Shown: positions 40,481 to 53,821 of the stretch, in pieces | How the letters are laid out: each line of letters starts with the position of its first letter | How positions within the stretch are numbered: the stretch's first letter is position 1 | Assembly: GCA_030248215.1 (NCBI GenBank) | Contig: JASANG010001276.1 | Coordinates: 1 to 64,000, forward strand | Length of the DNA: 64,000 nucleotides | Direction: 5' to 3' | Source: Enoplolaimus lenunculus | Lineage: Eukaryota | Notes under the pieces: model-generated | Database searches by the model: none | Seen by the model: the letters and a program-made list of their open reading frames with translations, nothing else | Told to the model about the DNA's origin: nothing | Translations under genes and position numbers: made by a program

Positions 40481-41181
40481 AACGTGCATTTTTACAACAT
40501 TGTGACGTGGCGTTGATGTAAGTACCTGTTTGATTTTCACACTGCTAAACGTTTAACTTTTTAAATTTTTTACAACTTTTGCAAGTTTTGATGTGTTATT
40601 TGTATTTCACCGTAAAGGCGTTTTCAATACTACGACAAGTAGGTAGTAAATCGTTTTGAACTGTTTGCAATTGCTCAGTAAAGTTGTGTTCGATTTCATC
40701 CTTCAAAACATCTTCGCAAATTGTCAGGACTTCGTGTTGTACCGTTCGAACATCACGCAACGCATCCCGTTAAAAAGTTGAACATTATCTTATACCATCT
40801 GAATATCCTTCCACACATGTTGCACAGTGTGAACATTATTTTGCACCGTTTGCAATTGCATACTATTATTTTGTGCAATAATTGATGTAATTAACGACAG
40901 GGTTTTTTGATAGTAATAGCCTCAAATACATTTGCTGAATCCTCGAATTCTGGTCTCGGTTCCAAATCTCCGAGACTCAAAAAAGCGAGACCGAGACCTG
41001 CCAAATTCCGAGAGAGAGTTTCACTACACGCAGCAAATTTTTGATATTCATTTGTAGAAAATTTTTATAGCACACCCAGTGTAAATTAGCGTCATGAACT
41101 GTACATAAAACTGTGTATGGTTTTATGCAAATATCGTATATATACATACACAACCTTCGACGTGGCAATGTATTTTTCTAT

Positions 41182-41186
41182 TTCAG
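41182..41186 (+). promoter_or_regulatory. Candidate spliced-leader trans-splice (or 5'UTR intron) acceptor
   Basis: TATTTTTCTATTTCAG ends 1 nt before the EMC8 ATG. Confidence 0.45.
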
Positions 41187-41187
41187 T

Positions 41188-44100
41188 ATGACTGAGTTTA
41201 CTACTTCCACTAAAGCATATGTTAAAATGGTACTACATACTTTGAAATACCCTCACTGTGCAGTAAATGGTGTTCTTATCGGATTGAAAGAGAAATCCAG
41301 TAATGCATGTCACATTCATGATACAATTCCGTTGTTTCATATGGCTCTCAGTCTAGCGCCAATGCTTGAAATTGCAATGTGTCAGGTAGATGTGAATAAA
41401 AAATATAATTAGTAGTTTTGTTTTTTCTCGAAACATCAATAAATTTAATGCAGACTAATCATGCATGCGTGCAACATAATTAACACTACTATTTTCAGAC
41501 TCACGTATATTAATTTAGCTGTGCTGGCTGCTGTAGCTTTCACTACGTAAAATGTACGTATATATGCCGTGTCCCAAGCAACTATTTGCACCAATTGGCA
41601 ACTGGGACGTCCTAAACGACAATTGCTGTTCGGGAAAGCCCAAACAACTGCTGGAATGCAAACTGACTTCGAATGGTTTTTCAGGTTCCACTATATTCGA
41701 GAAAACTGAGCTGAACAAAATTATTTGCCTTCACCATATTTGCAAAGTATACGTCGTTTGGGGCCTAGCGCCCATAACCGGTTATATTAATTATGGCTTG
41801 AGTAAATCGTTTTAAAGTACGGTTGTGCTTTGGCTTTGATACGTGTTATTTTGTTTGATTGTACCTGCATAGAAATAAAAAACATTGCCCACATAATGCT
41901 GTATTCGATAAAACATTAGGGCACACCCTCACACAATTTCTTTTTTATGCTATTAAACACCATAAGCCTTGTTTATTCTATAATTTACAAATTTGGTGAA
42001 GCCAAATAATTATTGTGCAAGTTAGTTATCTCGAACACAGTCAAGCCTGATCAACCAATCACAAACTGTTTGAAATCCATTGGTTGTTTGGGCTGCACCG
42101 AACAGCAATTGTCATTTGGGACGTTCCGATTGGCAATTGGGGCAAATAGCTGTTTGGGCATGACATATATTTTTTTGAATTCTGGTATATAGTGTATTTC
42201 AGATTGATTTTTATTGTCAACAGTTATGTCCTCCTCTGCAGATTGTTGGTTATTATCACGCAAATGAAAGACTTAGAGATTCTGCGTAAGTTTTAAAATT
42301 ATCATCACATCCACATAAACTAAGCAACAATTAGCCGTAAGAAAAATTTGCCAATTTTTGTAGATACTTTATTTCGGCTCTGTTGACGGTTGACGTTCGG
42401 TCCGTTGAAAATTTACCTCCTGTTCTCGGCTGTACTAAAATTTTCATCCTGACGTGCTGTTTTAAAGTCTTGTTTAAACGATATCAATGGTTGATCGATT
42501 TATTGCCGTGGGTTGAATTATGTGATAAATTATTCACGTGCATCCGCTAAATTAATATTCGGTCGCACAATGATATATTTATACTTACGTATATTGGAAT
42601 GCTTTGGTTTATACTTTTAGACCTAGCGCAGTTGCCACAAGAATAGCTGAAAAAGTCCAATCTCAGTTTCCTGATGCCTTATTATTTATGGTACGTCTTT
42701 CTAAGTCTAAATATTGCAAATAATGTTTGTGCACACTATGAAATTGAGCGAAAGAAAAATTGTCATAGTTGTTCATGCTTGTTAGGTGTTATGTCTTGGA
42801 GTTTATGACCATGCGATTTAGTAATACCAACGTTCTTTATTAAGCATGATTGTATTAAAATTCGTATCGGCATATACAGGTTTGGCATCGGCAAAATTTG
42901 AAAATAAGAATCAGTGTCGGCCTTGGTAAAACGTTGGAATCGGCGCATCACTATTTTCTAGTTATAATTCGACGGTTCCGTACTCAGAAATAAGAAATTA
43001 TCTCAAAACAATTAAGGTTGGCCTCGTCACAAGCTCGGGGGAGTCTGCTGGACCAACCTCGAATCCCCATCAATAACTCCTCGATTAGTCATTGCAAATG
43101 GGTGTGAAGTCGAATATTGGACGCACACCCTATGCACGCCCATGTTTTATAGTAAGATGATGTTGAAATATGTTGATGCGCAATCTTCAAATATTGGAAG
43201 CGCCTGACTACGCCCATGATGTATCTGTTTTGAATTTTCCAGTAAATTTTTCTTGAACTTAATTTAGCTTCATCGTCTGTTCCTCAAATTATGAGCGTTA
43301 AGAATGGTTTGCTTAGCTTAGTTATCTATTAAGCTTTCACTGTGCTTAACAATATTCGTGTTCGGGAAGTAATTTATTTTCACTGAGGATAATTTTAATA
43401 CAGTGCTGTGTAAAACTGGCCTAGGGTCTCTTTTACTGGGGTCCTTTTTCACGCGGCGCTGTGTAAAAATGACTTCTTTTTAATATGGGGCATTTTTCAC
43501 ACGGACGTACTATAAAAATTGGACCTCTTAAAAATATGTCGGGGGTCTTTTTTCATGCAACACCTGTTGTTATAACACTTGAAGTTTTTTAACAGCTGGA
43601 TTTTCAGCAGTAAGATTGCATAAGTTAACACATTTAATAACTTACTGCAGGTTGCTAGAGAGTATCTTTTTAAATGATTCCTCTTTTGTGTCTCGCTCCA
43701 CTCCGAACGAAAATGTTAGTATTTACTATATATATGTTTAATTTATTTAACATTCTATACGATACAGAGTGGCAACTTTAATGCGCCGCTATCTTTGGGT
43801 TTAGGTTGACAATACTGCCGTCAGCATTGATTTTGAACGACCTTTGTACAAAGTGTATCAGTATCACGAACACAAGTGGAGGCAGAAAGAGAAGAATAAG
43901 TAAGTTATATTTTGTTGGCGCCTATACTGGGTGCAACCAGAATTTTGATTCCGATTAGAGATCCAAATCAACACGAATTTCGATTCCGATTACACAATCA
44001 ATCGGGATCGGATTTTCGAAATTTTAATTTTATTCTTACTTGCTGTGATACGTTACATTAAAATTCTCTATGATTTATCTATTAAATTGCTTTTGATGAC

Positions 44101-44949
44101 TTAACTTATCAATGAATAATGGTAGTTTATCTGTACAGGACCAAAAATGGTCGGCGATTTGTTCATTCGACGTTTTTGAAAATTATTGTTGCCGGCCAAG
44201 AGACACGTTAAATCAATATTATATTTTGTTAATACAAATTATCCGTCCAAAGTTTTTAATTCCGATTACTATTCCGGTATACATTTGCTGTTGCGGTTCC
44301 GGTATAATCCAGATCCGTTATGCACCCTGTGCCTATCCGATATTTCTTGGTTGTAATGTGAAATGGTGGCTTTGAATACTTTTGAATTGACTTGACTGTC
44401 CGGTTCCCAATAATGGGATGTCTCAGCCTTTACAAGTCCCGGTATTTGGCTGATCTCGGTCTCAGTTCTTTGAGTTGGGTAGGTTAAGTGAAAAATAAGC
44501 GTTTGTGGTGTTTTTAGTTTGAGTTTAGTAGGTAATCAGCAATTCTTCACGGATATATTAAGATTATACACTAAAACATCGAGCAGTTTCAAAAATGCGC
44601 AAAAAACTCTTGTTAGAAAAATTCATTTTCTATAACGGTCCAATACTGATCGAGACCGAAACAAGCACTCTTGGTTTTAGCGGAGTAACTTATTCCTGTC
44701 GGTTGCCAATTGGGACAGATATTTAGTTATTGATAGCGAAACATGTACACCATTTTGTAACACGTATTAATATTTTTCGTTTTAAGAGTGTTATTCGAAG
44801 AAGAAGAGCGAACTCTTTCAGTGGCTTCAGCTGCAATTCAATCGAAGCTGTATCGCGAACTAGTCGATTTTGATCAACACTTAGATGACATTTGTTTAGA
44901 CTATCTCAACCGAAAGCTTGAGCTAAAACTTGAACAGCTATCCATATGA
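41188..44949 (+). CDS. emc-8: ER membrane protein complex subunit 8/9 (UPF0172, COX4NB family), ~202 aa, 5 exons
   Basis: Exons 41188-41385, 42203-42285, 42621-42690, 43805-43899 and 44787-44949 (609 nt, phase-consistent). Motifs AYVKMVLHTLKYPHCAVNGVLIG, DTIPLFH..LAPMLEIA, IVGYYHANE and LVDFDQHLDD. Confidence 0.93.
41565..42165. mobile_element. Long-TIR palindromic MITE in EMC8 intron 1
   Basis: ~80-100-bp imperfect inverted ends (TGTCCCAAGCAACTATTTGCACCAATTG...CAATTGGGGCAAATAGCTGTTTGGGCA), flanked by ATATAT. Confidence 0.75.
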
Positions 44950-47217
44950 TATTTTGCTTGTGTTTTTGTGACCGTTTGTGAATGCATAACGAGAACGTTA
45001 TGGATGCGTCAGAAGGTTATTTGTTAAAGAGTTGACAAAACATTCAGTAACGTCGCGTTTGAAAATTTTTGATTACTATTGAATATTATTAATGGTTCTA
45101 TCTCAGGTTTGACTAATTTTGAGGTTGTGTGTATTTTGATTGTCCATGCACATATACGTTAAGTACGGTTATAACAGATACTGTGGTAAGCTGTCTGAAT
45201 CCATGACGGTGGCAGAGAATTAATCAGAATACTATTATTAACTATAATTGGTGTGTTAGTAAAATTTCAGTCTGTACGGGTTCTGCTGGAATAACTGTTG
45301 CGCTCAAAACTTTAAACGTAGCGTCATAATATCATTGTGCAACTCAAAATGTGTACTCAGTAAAATGCATCGTGTTCAAGCGTTTTAAAGGTTGTGTTAT
45401 ACTTATAGTGGTTGCCAAGATTGATATCGATGTTTGTATGTCCGTATTTGTGTTGTACTATCTCATTATACAACAAACCAGTTTTTCGGAATTATATAAA
45501 ACAACTGACTAAGAGTATTAGGCTAATGCTACACACACTTGTATTTTAAAATTTTGGAACTTGGAAATACTATGTCAGAATAACGATTAAAGAATAAAAT
45601 ATTCAAGATATTTTCTGGATCAGAAATATTTGTTGGGGAAAAATCGGAGCCAAAGATTAGTTTCAAATATTGAAGAAATGTCTGTATAAAAGCCTCGTCT
45701 TTCTTTAAATATTTCATTTTGCATTTGCGTAAATGATATATTTTATGAAGTAAAACATTCGTTTCAGTAAATATTTGCGAAGCGCTTGTCCGTATTTCCA
45801 TATGAAAGTTATTTGACCTGTAAAGTTGGTGCCCCTTTGATTGGACATTTCTGATTGTTACAGAAGCCGAAAGCAATCATAGCGTTTTTGTCTATTTAAA
45901 ATTGCAAGGCGTTGGTGATTAACAGTGGGCGTCTATCAAGTTTAGGAAACGTGTAAAAGTACAGGTTGCAACCGCAGGTGTATCTCGGTCACAAACGAAA
46001 TCTACCTTCCAGCTATGGTGGACTGTTTGAAAGCCTGCTAGGGTTCCACAAAGTACAATTTTTCATTAGTTTGGCTTAATGGGCAGGCCACCATAATTAA
46101 AACGAGATGTCCGTTTAAGTTAAAAATTGGTTTGTTTAAAGAAATACCGAAACTTCGGTTAGTTTTACTCTTAAAGTAGTTATACACAACGTATATGTCT
46201 CAGTTTTTTATTACAGATATGCTACAATTGTTTGAAATATAATATAAATTTCAAAATTCATCCAAAATATTAAAAATTTCGACGCATGCGCCATTTTTCT
46301 TTAACATTTTACAAAGCCCAGGGAACATTTGTAGGCCTCCATTTTTTGGCAGAAAAATAAAGCACACACAAAAATTGTCGTTATTCAAAAAATATTGTCC
46401 GAAATTTAAGACAACTATGTTTTGATACGAACTCCGGACATATATATCTAGAAATGTGTTTGAAATTTTTCAGACTTAAAAGTGTGAAATTTAAAGACTT
46501 TCATGAACGATTAAGACAAATATTTCTGAAATATAAGACAAATATGTCTGAATTACAAGACAAATTTTTCCAGGGAAGAGAGTCCAAAATTGGTGACTAA
46601 AGCTCAACCAAATACCAGGGTGCAATCGGAGGTGAAAAATACCAGTACCGAAGCCTGAGGTCAGCGAAACTTGTCGGAGCCGGAGGTGCGGCAAAATTAT
46701 AGTAAAAATGATGGTTAATTAATTTTAGCCTATTTCTGCAATATGTTAAGTTGTTTGATTTTACGCCAATTTTCTGCGAAATTTCGAAAATCTTTCCTAA
46801 AAATTGCGACAAAAGTAAAACGAAACGCGCTATAAACGGATAAATTTTGCAAAACTAACGTTATTTTTACGTTCAAAATTAGTTATGAATCCGTATATAT
46901 CTCGCATTTTTTGCTACAGATATGCTGTAATTGTTCGAAATGAAAAAGAATTACGAAATTCATCCAATATCTTAAAAAAATTTGATACATCCGCCAGATG
47001 TTCTTTTCAATTTTTGAAAGACTGGTTAATTTATGGACGCCTCAATTGTGCTGGCAGAAAAATAAAACATTTTTGAACCTTTTATACTTCAATATTCGTT
47101 TTCCGTTTTCGTTATTTTAACCACTATTTTTTTCCATTTCGGTTATTTTTACTATCCGTTTACACCCTGGTTGATACAAAATCGTGCAATATTAATCAAA
47201 TGAAAGTTTGATTTTGT

Positions 47218-50200
47218 TTACAAAAACATGGTCGCTCGTGCAACCGGATTCCATAGAAAGTATCGTTTACGTCTTCGTTTTCGACGCTGTTTACCGTCCG
47301 CGTTCGATTGTTTGCCTTTTGTATTTAACGCGGCGTGGTCGCGTTGGTAGGTTTCGCTAAAGTTATCGACTAAAATACTGATTGGAAATGCGAGCAGAAG
47401 AACGCCAGCGGCAAATCCAAGCGCAGCGACACATTTGCCGAGTAATGTTACAGGCGGTGCATCAGAATACATGAAAAGGGTGGCTATAACATAATCTGCA
47501 CTAATTTTTTCGCTGAGTGCAATAAAATGAAGTGAAACGAAAAAACTATTTTGATTGAAACGCAAAAGCTTCGAACACAGCATACCAAACGAAGTCAACT
47601 TCGAGATACACACAAATTCTATTGTCCTATATTCATTAACTATTGTCTGAATTGTAAGACAATTATGTTTTAATACAGACTCCAAACATATAAGTGTTGA
47701 ATTCAATTTTTCAGAAGTATGTGTAAAAAATTTTAGGCTTAAAAGTTTGAAAGTTAAGATTTTGTTTCATGAACGATTAAGAGAAATATTTCTCAAATAT
47801 AAGACAAATGTTTCTCATGTAAAGACAAATTTGTCTGAAATACAAGACAAAGTTTACCCAGCAAAACGACCCCAAATTCTGGCTAAAGCTCAACAACCCA
47901 AATTTGATAGCCTAAATTTGATTATATTTATATACACTCCTAAGTAGATAAACGGAACAACTTCAACTATTGAAAGGAAGAAAGTTATGCTTATAAATCG
48001 GCAACAGTAATTTCTTGAATATAAGACATTTATGTTTTAGCCAGTTCAGGCACAAATTTCTGAGCTCTGAAATGCTAGACATTTATGTCTTGAAAAAAGA
48101 AAGTAGGAGCCTTGAAATTTCAAGACAATTTATTTTTTGTGTAATATCGGGAGGAAACTGATGACCCTACCTAAACAGCGCACACAGACACAGGCGCCGG
48201 AAGGGTTCGAAACTAACAAACTGCAAATCCTAAAGCGAATGATCTAATCCTACTGGGTATCTCACAAATCTTACTTCTGCAATTGTTATTATTCACAACG
48301 TCATTGAAGTCCAAATTCAATTGTAAAACGGAATATACTCTATACGCCTAGGTCTAAGCTTACGCCTACACTGTAAGACCCAGTGAGTTGATTTTAACAT
48401 AGAATGAGTTGAACACTCAATCTGAGTTAGGATTTTCAGAACTCAGAATTCTGAGTCAATAAAGTTCACTCTGATTTAATTATTCGACTCACCCAGAATC
48501 AACTGAACTCAGAGCTGGAATGAGCTCAACTCAGAGTGAAATAAAGTTTTCTGTTATTAACTCAGAAATAATTAACTCTCCAGCTGAGTAAATTAATCAA
48601 CTCATTGGGATTTACAGTGATTGTTTGGCTGCAAATTGTCGAAGAGGCGAGATTTCGGACTACAAGTTGTGGGTTATCGAATTGTCAGGCGATGAGTTAT
48701 CGTAATATATACTATACACAATGAGCTACAAAAAAGCCGTTCAATGGGGAGTCAAATTGGCTCTCTCTGAAATAGGCTTTTCCTGACTACACAAACTGAG
48801 TCAAAATTCGACTCCGCCAGAGTCAAATTTAATTCATTGAATCGCTCAGTGAGTCGAATTTGACTCTCTGGCGGAGTCAAATTTGACTCAGTTTGTGTAG
48901 TCAAGAAAAGCCTATTTCCGAGAGAGTCAATCTGACTCCCATTTTTTACCGTGTAGGTATTTACCGATTAAAGCATTGAGTATTAATTTTCAATGCAAAT
49001 TTACCCACGCTCCACCACATTGCTTCGGGTATTGTCGAGTATTGTGTATGCTTGACACCGAATTCTGCGTAATATAGTAACGTTGAAAACATGATGGTAC
49101 AAACGAACAGACACGCCAAAATGAGCAAAAGCTCTGAGAAACTTTTTCGAAGCGTTTTACCAATTATTTGCAAATCGGTAGAATAGCGGACCTGTAAAAC
49201 CATTTTACTAAAACAGTTTATGTTGAACACTATAAATACGACAAATTTTGTTCAATATTTTGGCCAATGTAAAGAACAGGGGCGGAACAGTGTTATAAGC
49301 ATATTCCTAAGCCTAAGCCTCAAGCCTAAGCCTAAGCGTAACAATGAGCATATTCTGCCAACTGCAACAAATATGGATGGACACATCGAATCAGTATGCG
49401 ATTATCGTTATATCTCGGAAAAACAAGCAAAAACACTGCTGCAAAAACTATTCTTACGCGAATATGATTAAAACGAATGGCTCTTGTAGCCTTTACCCTA
49501 TTAACATTACAATTCCAAACTTAGCCTTGGCGTTGACTTTAGGAAAAAACTAAAAAAAAGACATTTATCCAAAACCACCCTCCCCCCCCCCTACAAACAA
49601 AGCTTGGCGTTGGCTTTAGGAAAAAGCTGAGGAAAAGGCTTAGGGTTTATTCCGTAAACCTAAGCGTTTTCCTCAGCCTTTACCTAACATTACAATTCCA
49701 CGCTTAGCCTTGGCGTTGACTTTAATCGGAAAAAGCTGAGGAAAAGGCTACGGTTTACGGCAGCTTTTTCACGAAACCTAAGGATAAAAGCCTAAAGCCT
49801 GAGCCTAAGCGCCAAAACTTGGTTGTATAGGAAGACAGTGCACAAGAGCCATATACAGCTTACCAGCTTGAGGACTCGCAGTGCTTTGAACACTTTCATA
49901 ATCCGTATAACGCGTATCACTTGCCACAGTTGCATTGTATGCTGAACGTGTTTCATGTTGAAATGATGCCGGGCCATCAGATGAAACCGGGAATCGAGTA
50001 CTTTTTCAACCCAAAACGGCATAAATGCGAGCAGGTCGATAATGCTCATCGGTTGAACCAAAAATCGACACCGTCCTTGTTGAGTTGACCAGATTCGAAG
50101 ACAATATTCTACGGTGAAAAATATCAGGCAAAGCGTATCTGTGCGATCGAGTTGTTGGTTAGTTATGATATAAAATGTGCTTTTACATTCCTAAAATGAT

Positions 50201-53200
50201 TTAATTTACAATAGTAAATACTGTTCAAACAACGACGTATCAATTTGACTCACCATTTTTTGCAGTGTAGGGGTGTCGCCAGAAAATTAACTATAGGCAA
50301 AGGCGCTCTCCTACGCTTTTGTCGAATTTGTTTCTGTTAAAAACAAAAATTTTAGACACTTAAAAAACCATATGTATGGTAAGGTACAATCGGCTCTAGC
50401 TCCGGCAGAAAATGAACCTCATGCGCCGGTAGAATTCCTGCCGGAGGTTCCCGGCTATTTCGGTAGTGAAATTTTACATAATATTGCAAAATTTAGGTAA
50501 ATATTTGTTTGGTGCGTTTCGTTTTTACTTTTCGTACAATTTCTAGTGAAATAATTGCCGAACTTCCGTAAAAAAAATAAGTGTAAAGCCAACAAAATAA
50601 CTACAATACCTTGCAGATATTTGCTAAAGTTACCAATATGTTTCGAAGACAAGATGACATGCTGGCATTGATACACTTTCTGTTACTCACAAGCTCGACT
50701 TAAACCTAATTTTAACTCTAACCCAAAGCATAATCTGGAAAAACCCTAAACCTATGGCCTGTATTCCCAAATGCATGTGTCACCTATGACAAGTATATAT
50801 AGCGGTAGGTGCTCAGATTGACGAACTCCTGCCGTTGCGGACCTGAAAATTTGTCCAGCAGGAAATCGAATTAAATGCGAAAAATGAGCTGAATTTAGAA
50901 CCGCATAAATCATACTTAAGTTTTGGACGTACATTCCAAAGTATAAACGTTTAATTCAACGGATAGTGGTAATACCGGAACAAAAAGCGGCGGAAGGCTG
51001 GTAAAAATAAATAACTGTCCGTAACCGAATAACAGGAGGGTACCCTCTCGAGAAGCCAAATAAATATCAGTCTCTACCCCCTCTTATTCGTGTCACTGCA
51101 GTACGCTTTATATTATACATATTACGGGGTAAACCAGTATTTCAAACTGCAGCAAACTGTTACTGAATATTCAACTTTGTAACCCTCGTAAATCGGTCGG
51201 TGCATCTTCACAGACAACTGATCCGCTTCGCTGATTGTTTGTAAATTTTGGCAACACTCAATTGTTTTGCATACATTTGTAATCTTACAAGCTGAGTATA
51301 ACATTGAAATGAATTGCATATATTCAAATCTTGCCTCATCTTCTTCGTTATCGTCCAAATTTGACGTTTCAAACGCGCTACCATAGCTAACATTCGCGTC
51401 AACATGCTTGATCAGCTTTTGTAACATTGATGCAAACCTGGTACCATCGAACCCAGGCCAAGCTGAATGACTTCCTAATATTTCGTCGTGTTGTCGAGCG
51501 TCCGATGATAAACGATTAAACAACGATGCGTTTCGCTCTATTAACGGCAGACGAATGCTACTTAATTGCGCTAGACTGTCAGCACAAATTTTGGTGTAAA
51601 ATTGTGGCAAAGATTCCAAAATCACAATGGTTAGCGATGACATGACAAATGCAATCGATACGAAAGTGAAAGCCTGTAAATGTATTTGTGAACCGAACTG
51701 TTATTAACGGAAGATTTGTGGGCAATTTATTTTTATACGTTTGTTCTAATTTTAACCTTACAAACTATATAAATTTCAAATAGGTTTTATTTTTCTGCCA
51801 ACACAATTGTGACACGTGTAGATATTCACCGGGCGTTCCGAAATTTTGAAGAAAAAATGGCTGATGCAGCAAAACTTTTAAGATTTTATTGATGAATATT
51901 GTAACTTTTGTTTTCGGACAATTGCAGAACATCTGTAATGAAGAATTGAAAGAAATTTACGTAATTTATCACTAATATTGAACGTAAAAATAAATGAATT
52001 TCCGGTATTTCTATATCTGAAACGGAAGCGGATACCGATTTTTACCAGAAACGGAAACGGATATTCGGTTACACCCTGATACTGGTAAATACACATACAC
52101 AATGTATTTCTAAACAAACTTATTGTCTGATAAATAAGTTGTTCACAGCTGGTTTGTCGGAATTGTTGGCGTCAAATATCAATGCTAACTTACGAGAGCG
52201 TACTTTGAGTGTTCGGGATTTTCTGTAATTTCCCAAACGTATTTTTTGACATGTGCATATTTTTGACAAAACGTTGTATTCGGATGTTCGATTTCGCGAA
52301 AGAACTGTGGCCCGGTAAAGTTGATTTTTCGATCCTCCACATCTGATGCTAAAATTTGAAATTTTCAAATTATACATTAAACAACAAAGTTTTAGTTTAA
52401 CTTTTGATGTATAAATATTGATTGTTGTTTTATTGCTATAAGAGAAAATATATCGCGTTAAAATTTGTTTTGATTGGTGCTATACAGTTTCTTTCATTTG
52501 CCGTCCGGCGTAGTCTGCATCGTCCGGCACCGTACGGCAAAGCACACCAGTTGTAACATAGCGTCGCTTAACAATAAATAAAATCTGTTTGACTTGTGGG
52601 TTCTTACGACAAAAATAGCATCATCGTTATTTTAACAGTGACATGGACAACAGTTTGAATTCAAATCTATATATTAAAGCTGGAACGCCCCACATACGTA
52701 TTTTGGGCAGTGTTCCCACACATATTTGTATATCTATATAAAAATTTGCTTCCGTACTTCTAAGCGAAAAATTTCGATGATAGAAGATTGTTGTTAACTT
52801 TTGGCGTTGTTTATAAGACGAAACATGTTTGCATTATGCGTATATTTTAACATGTATGTAATTTGTATATTATCTTAAATAGGCATCAATTTGGGACGAG
52901 TATTTTCCTCTGCGGATAGTGGGTTACAGGGTCCAGCATTCCTACCGGACCCACACAGGTTAAAAAATGTATTCAAATTGAACCCACAATTGGCAATAAA
53001 GTTTCAAAGCTTAAGTGCAGACTTGCTTCAACAAATTGTTCTATGCCAAAACACAATTTATTTTAAGACACTTGCAGATGTATGCAACTACGGATTACTA
53101 TAGTTTTCTTTTAACTCTGGACTCTGTCAATACTTTAATATTTCTCAGGTTATCGTATAAATAATGATGCGCTAAAACTATAAAAGTACATTGGAATACA

Positions 53201-53561
53201 TAATCGTACCCGTTTGTGCTGCTTTGGGCGGCCGAAAACAATCCACACAGCATCGCGACTGATAATGCGGCAAGATACCCCAAAAGAATACTTCGGAATT
53301 ATAAGCAATCGGGCACGTGTTATCGGGTTTATGAAGTATGCCGCATTGATAAAACGCAAGTATCCACGTAAAATGCTCGGGCGGTGTTGCAAAATAGTAT
53401 TCGTGCGTTTCTGATATATACGCTTCGCACAATCCAAGCGCTGTTGCACTAGGTCCTGGGTCTAAAGCGGCTAGTTTTGCTAAAACTGTGTCTGGAAATC
53501 GAAGAAGACGCTGTTTAAGCAGGGAAAAGCGAACACCGCACAAGTTTACTTTTAGAAACAT
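47218..53561 (-). CDS. Voltage-gated K+ channel family subunit (Shab/KVS/EXP-2-like) with a non-canonical pore, ~617 aa, 7 exons
   Basis: Exons 53561-53210, 52348-52194, 51673-51126, 50842-50784, 50138-49864, 49191-49005 and 47495(or 47483)-47218; GT-AG, phase-consistent, no stops. T1 domain with HX5CX20CC; VWEITENPEHS; S1 AFTFVSIAFV; S2 CLIFFTVEYCLR; S3 SIIDLLAFMPF; S4 RVIRIMKVFKALRVLKLVR; S5; pore helix TIPEAMWWSV; S6 GVLLLAFPISILVDNF. Confidence 0.9.
48369..48619. mobile_element. MITE with CACTGTAA termini in a Kv intron
   Basis: CACTGTAAGACCCAGTGAGTTGATT...AATCAACTCATTGGGATTTACAGTG. Confidence 0.7.
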
Positions 53562-53663
53562 AAGTCAATAATTAATACTACAATGCTATTCTAGTATGCG
53601 TAGTAGTTGTAGCACCTGATTTGCGTTTTTCCGAGATATGAACGCACACCTGCTGCGATACAT

Positions 53664-53821
53664 CGACCAATGTAAAGAACAGGGGCCGAACAGTATTATA
53701 AGCTTATTCCTAAGCCTAAAGCCTAAGCCTAAGCCAAGCATAAAAATTAGTCTAAAGTTTAAGCTTTACTCTTTTCTAGTCCCACAGAAAAACGTTCCGC
53801 CCATGATCTTTGCATGGGCCG
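53664..53821. mobile_element. Telomere-repeat-bearing MITE (relatives ~14540-14843, ~49262-49340, ~54740-54883)
   Basis: CGACCAATGTAAAGA...TCTTTGCATGGGCCG inverted ends; internal (GCCTAA)n. Confidence 0.7.
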
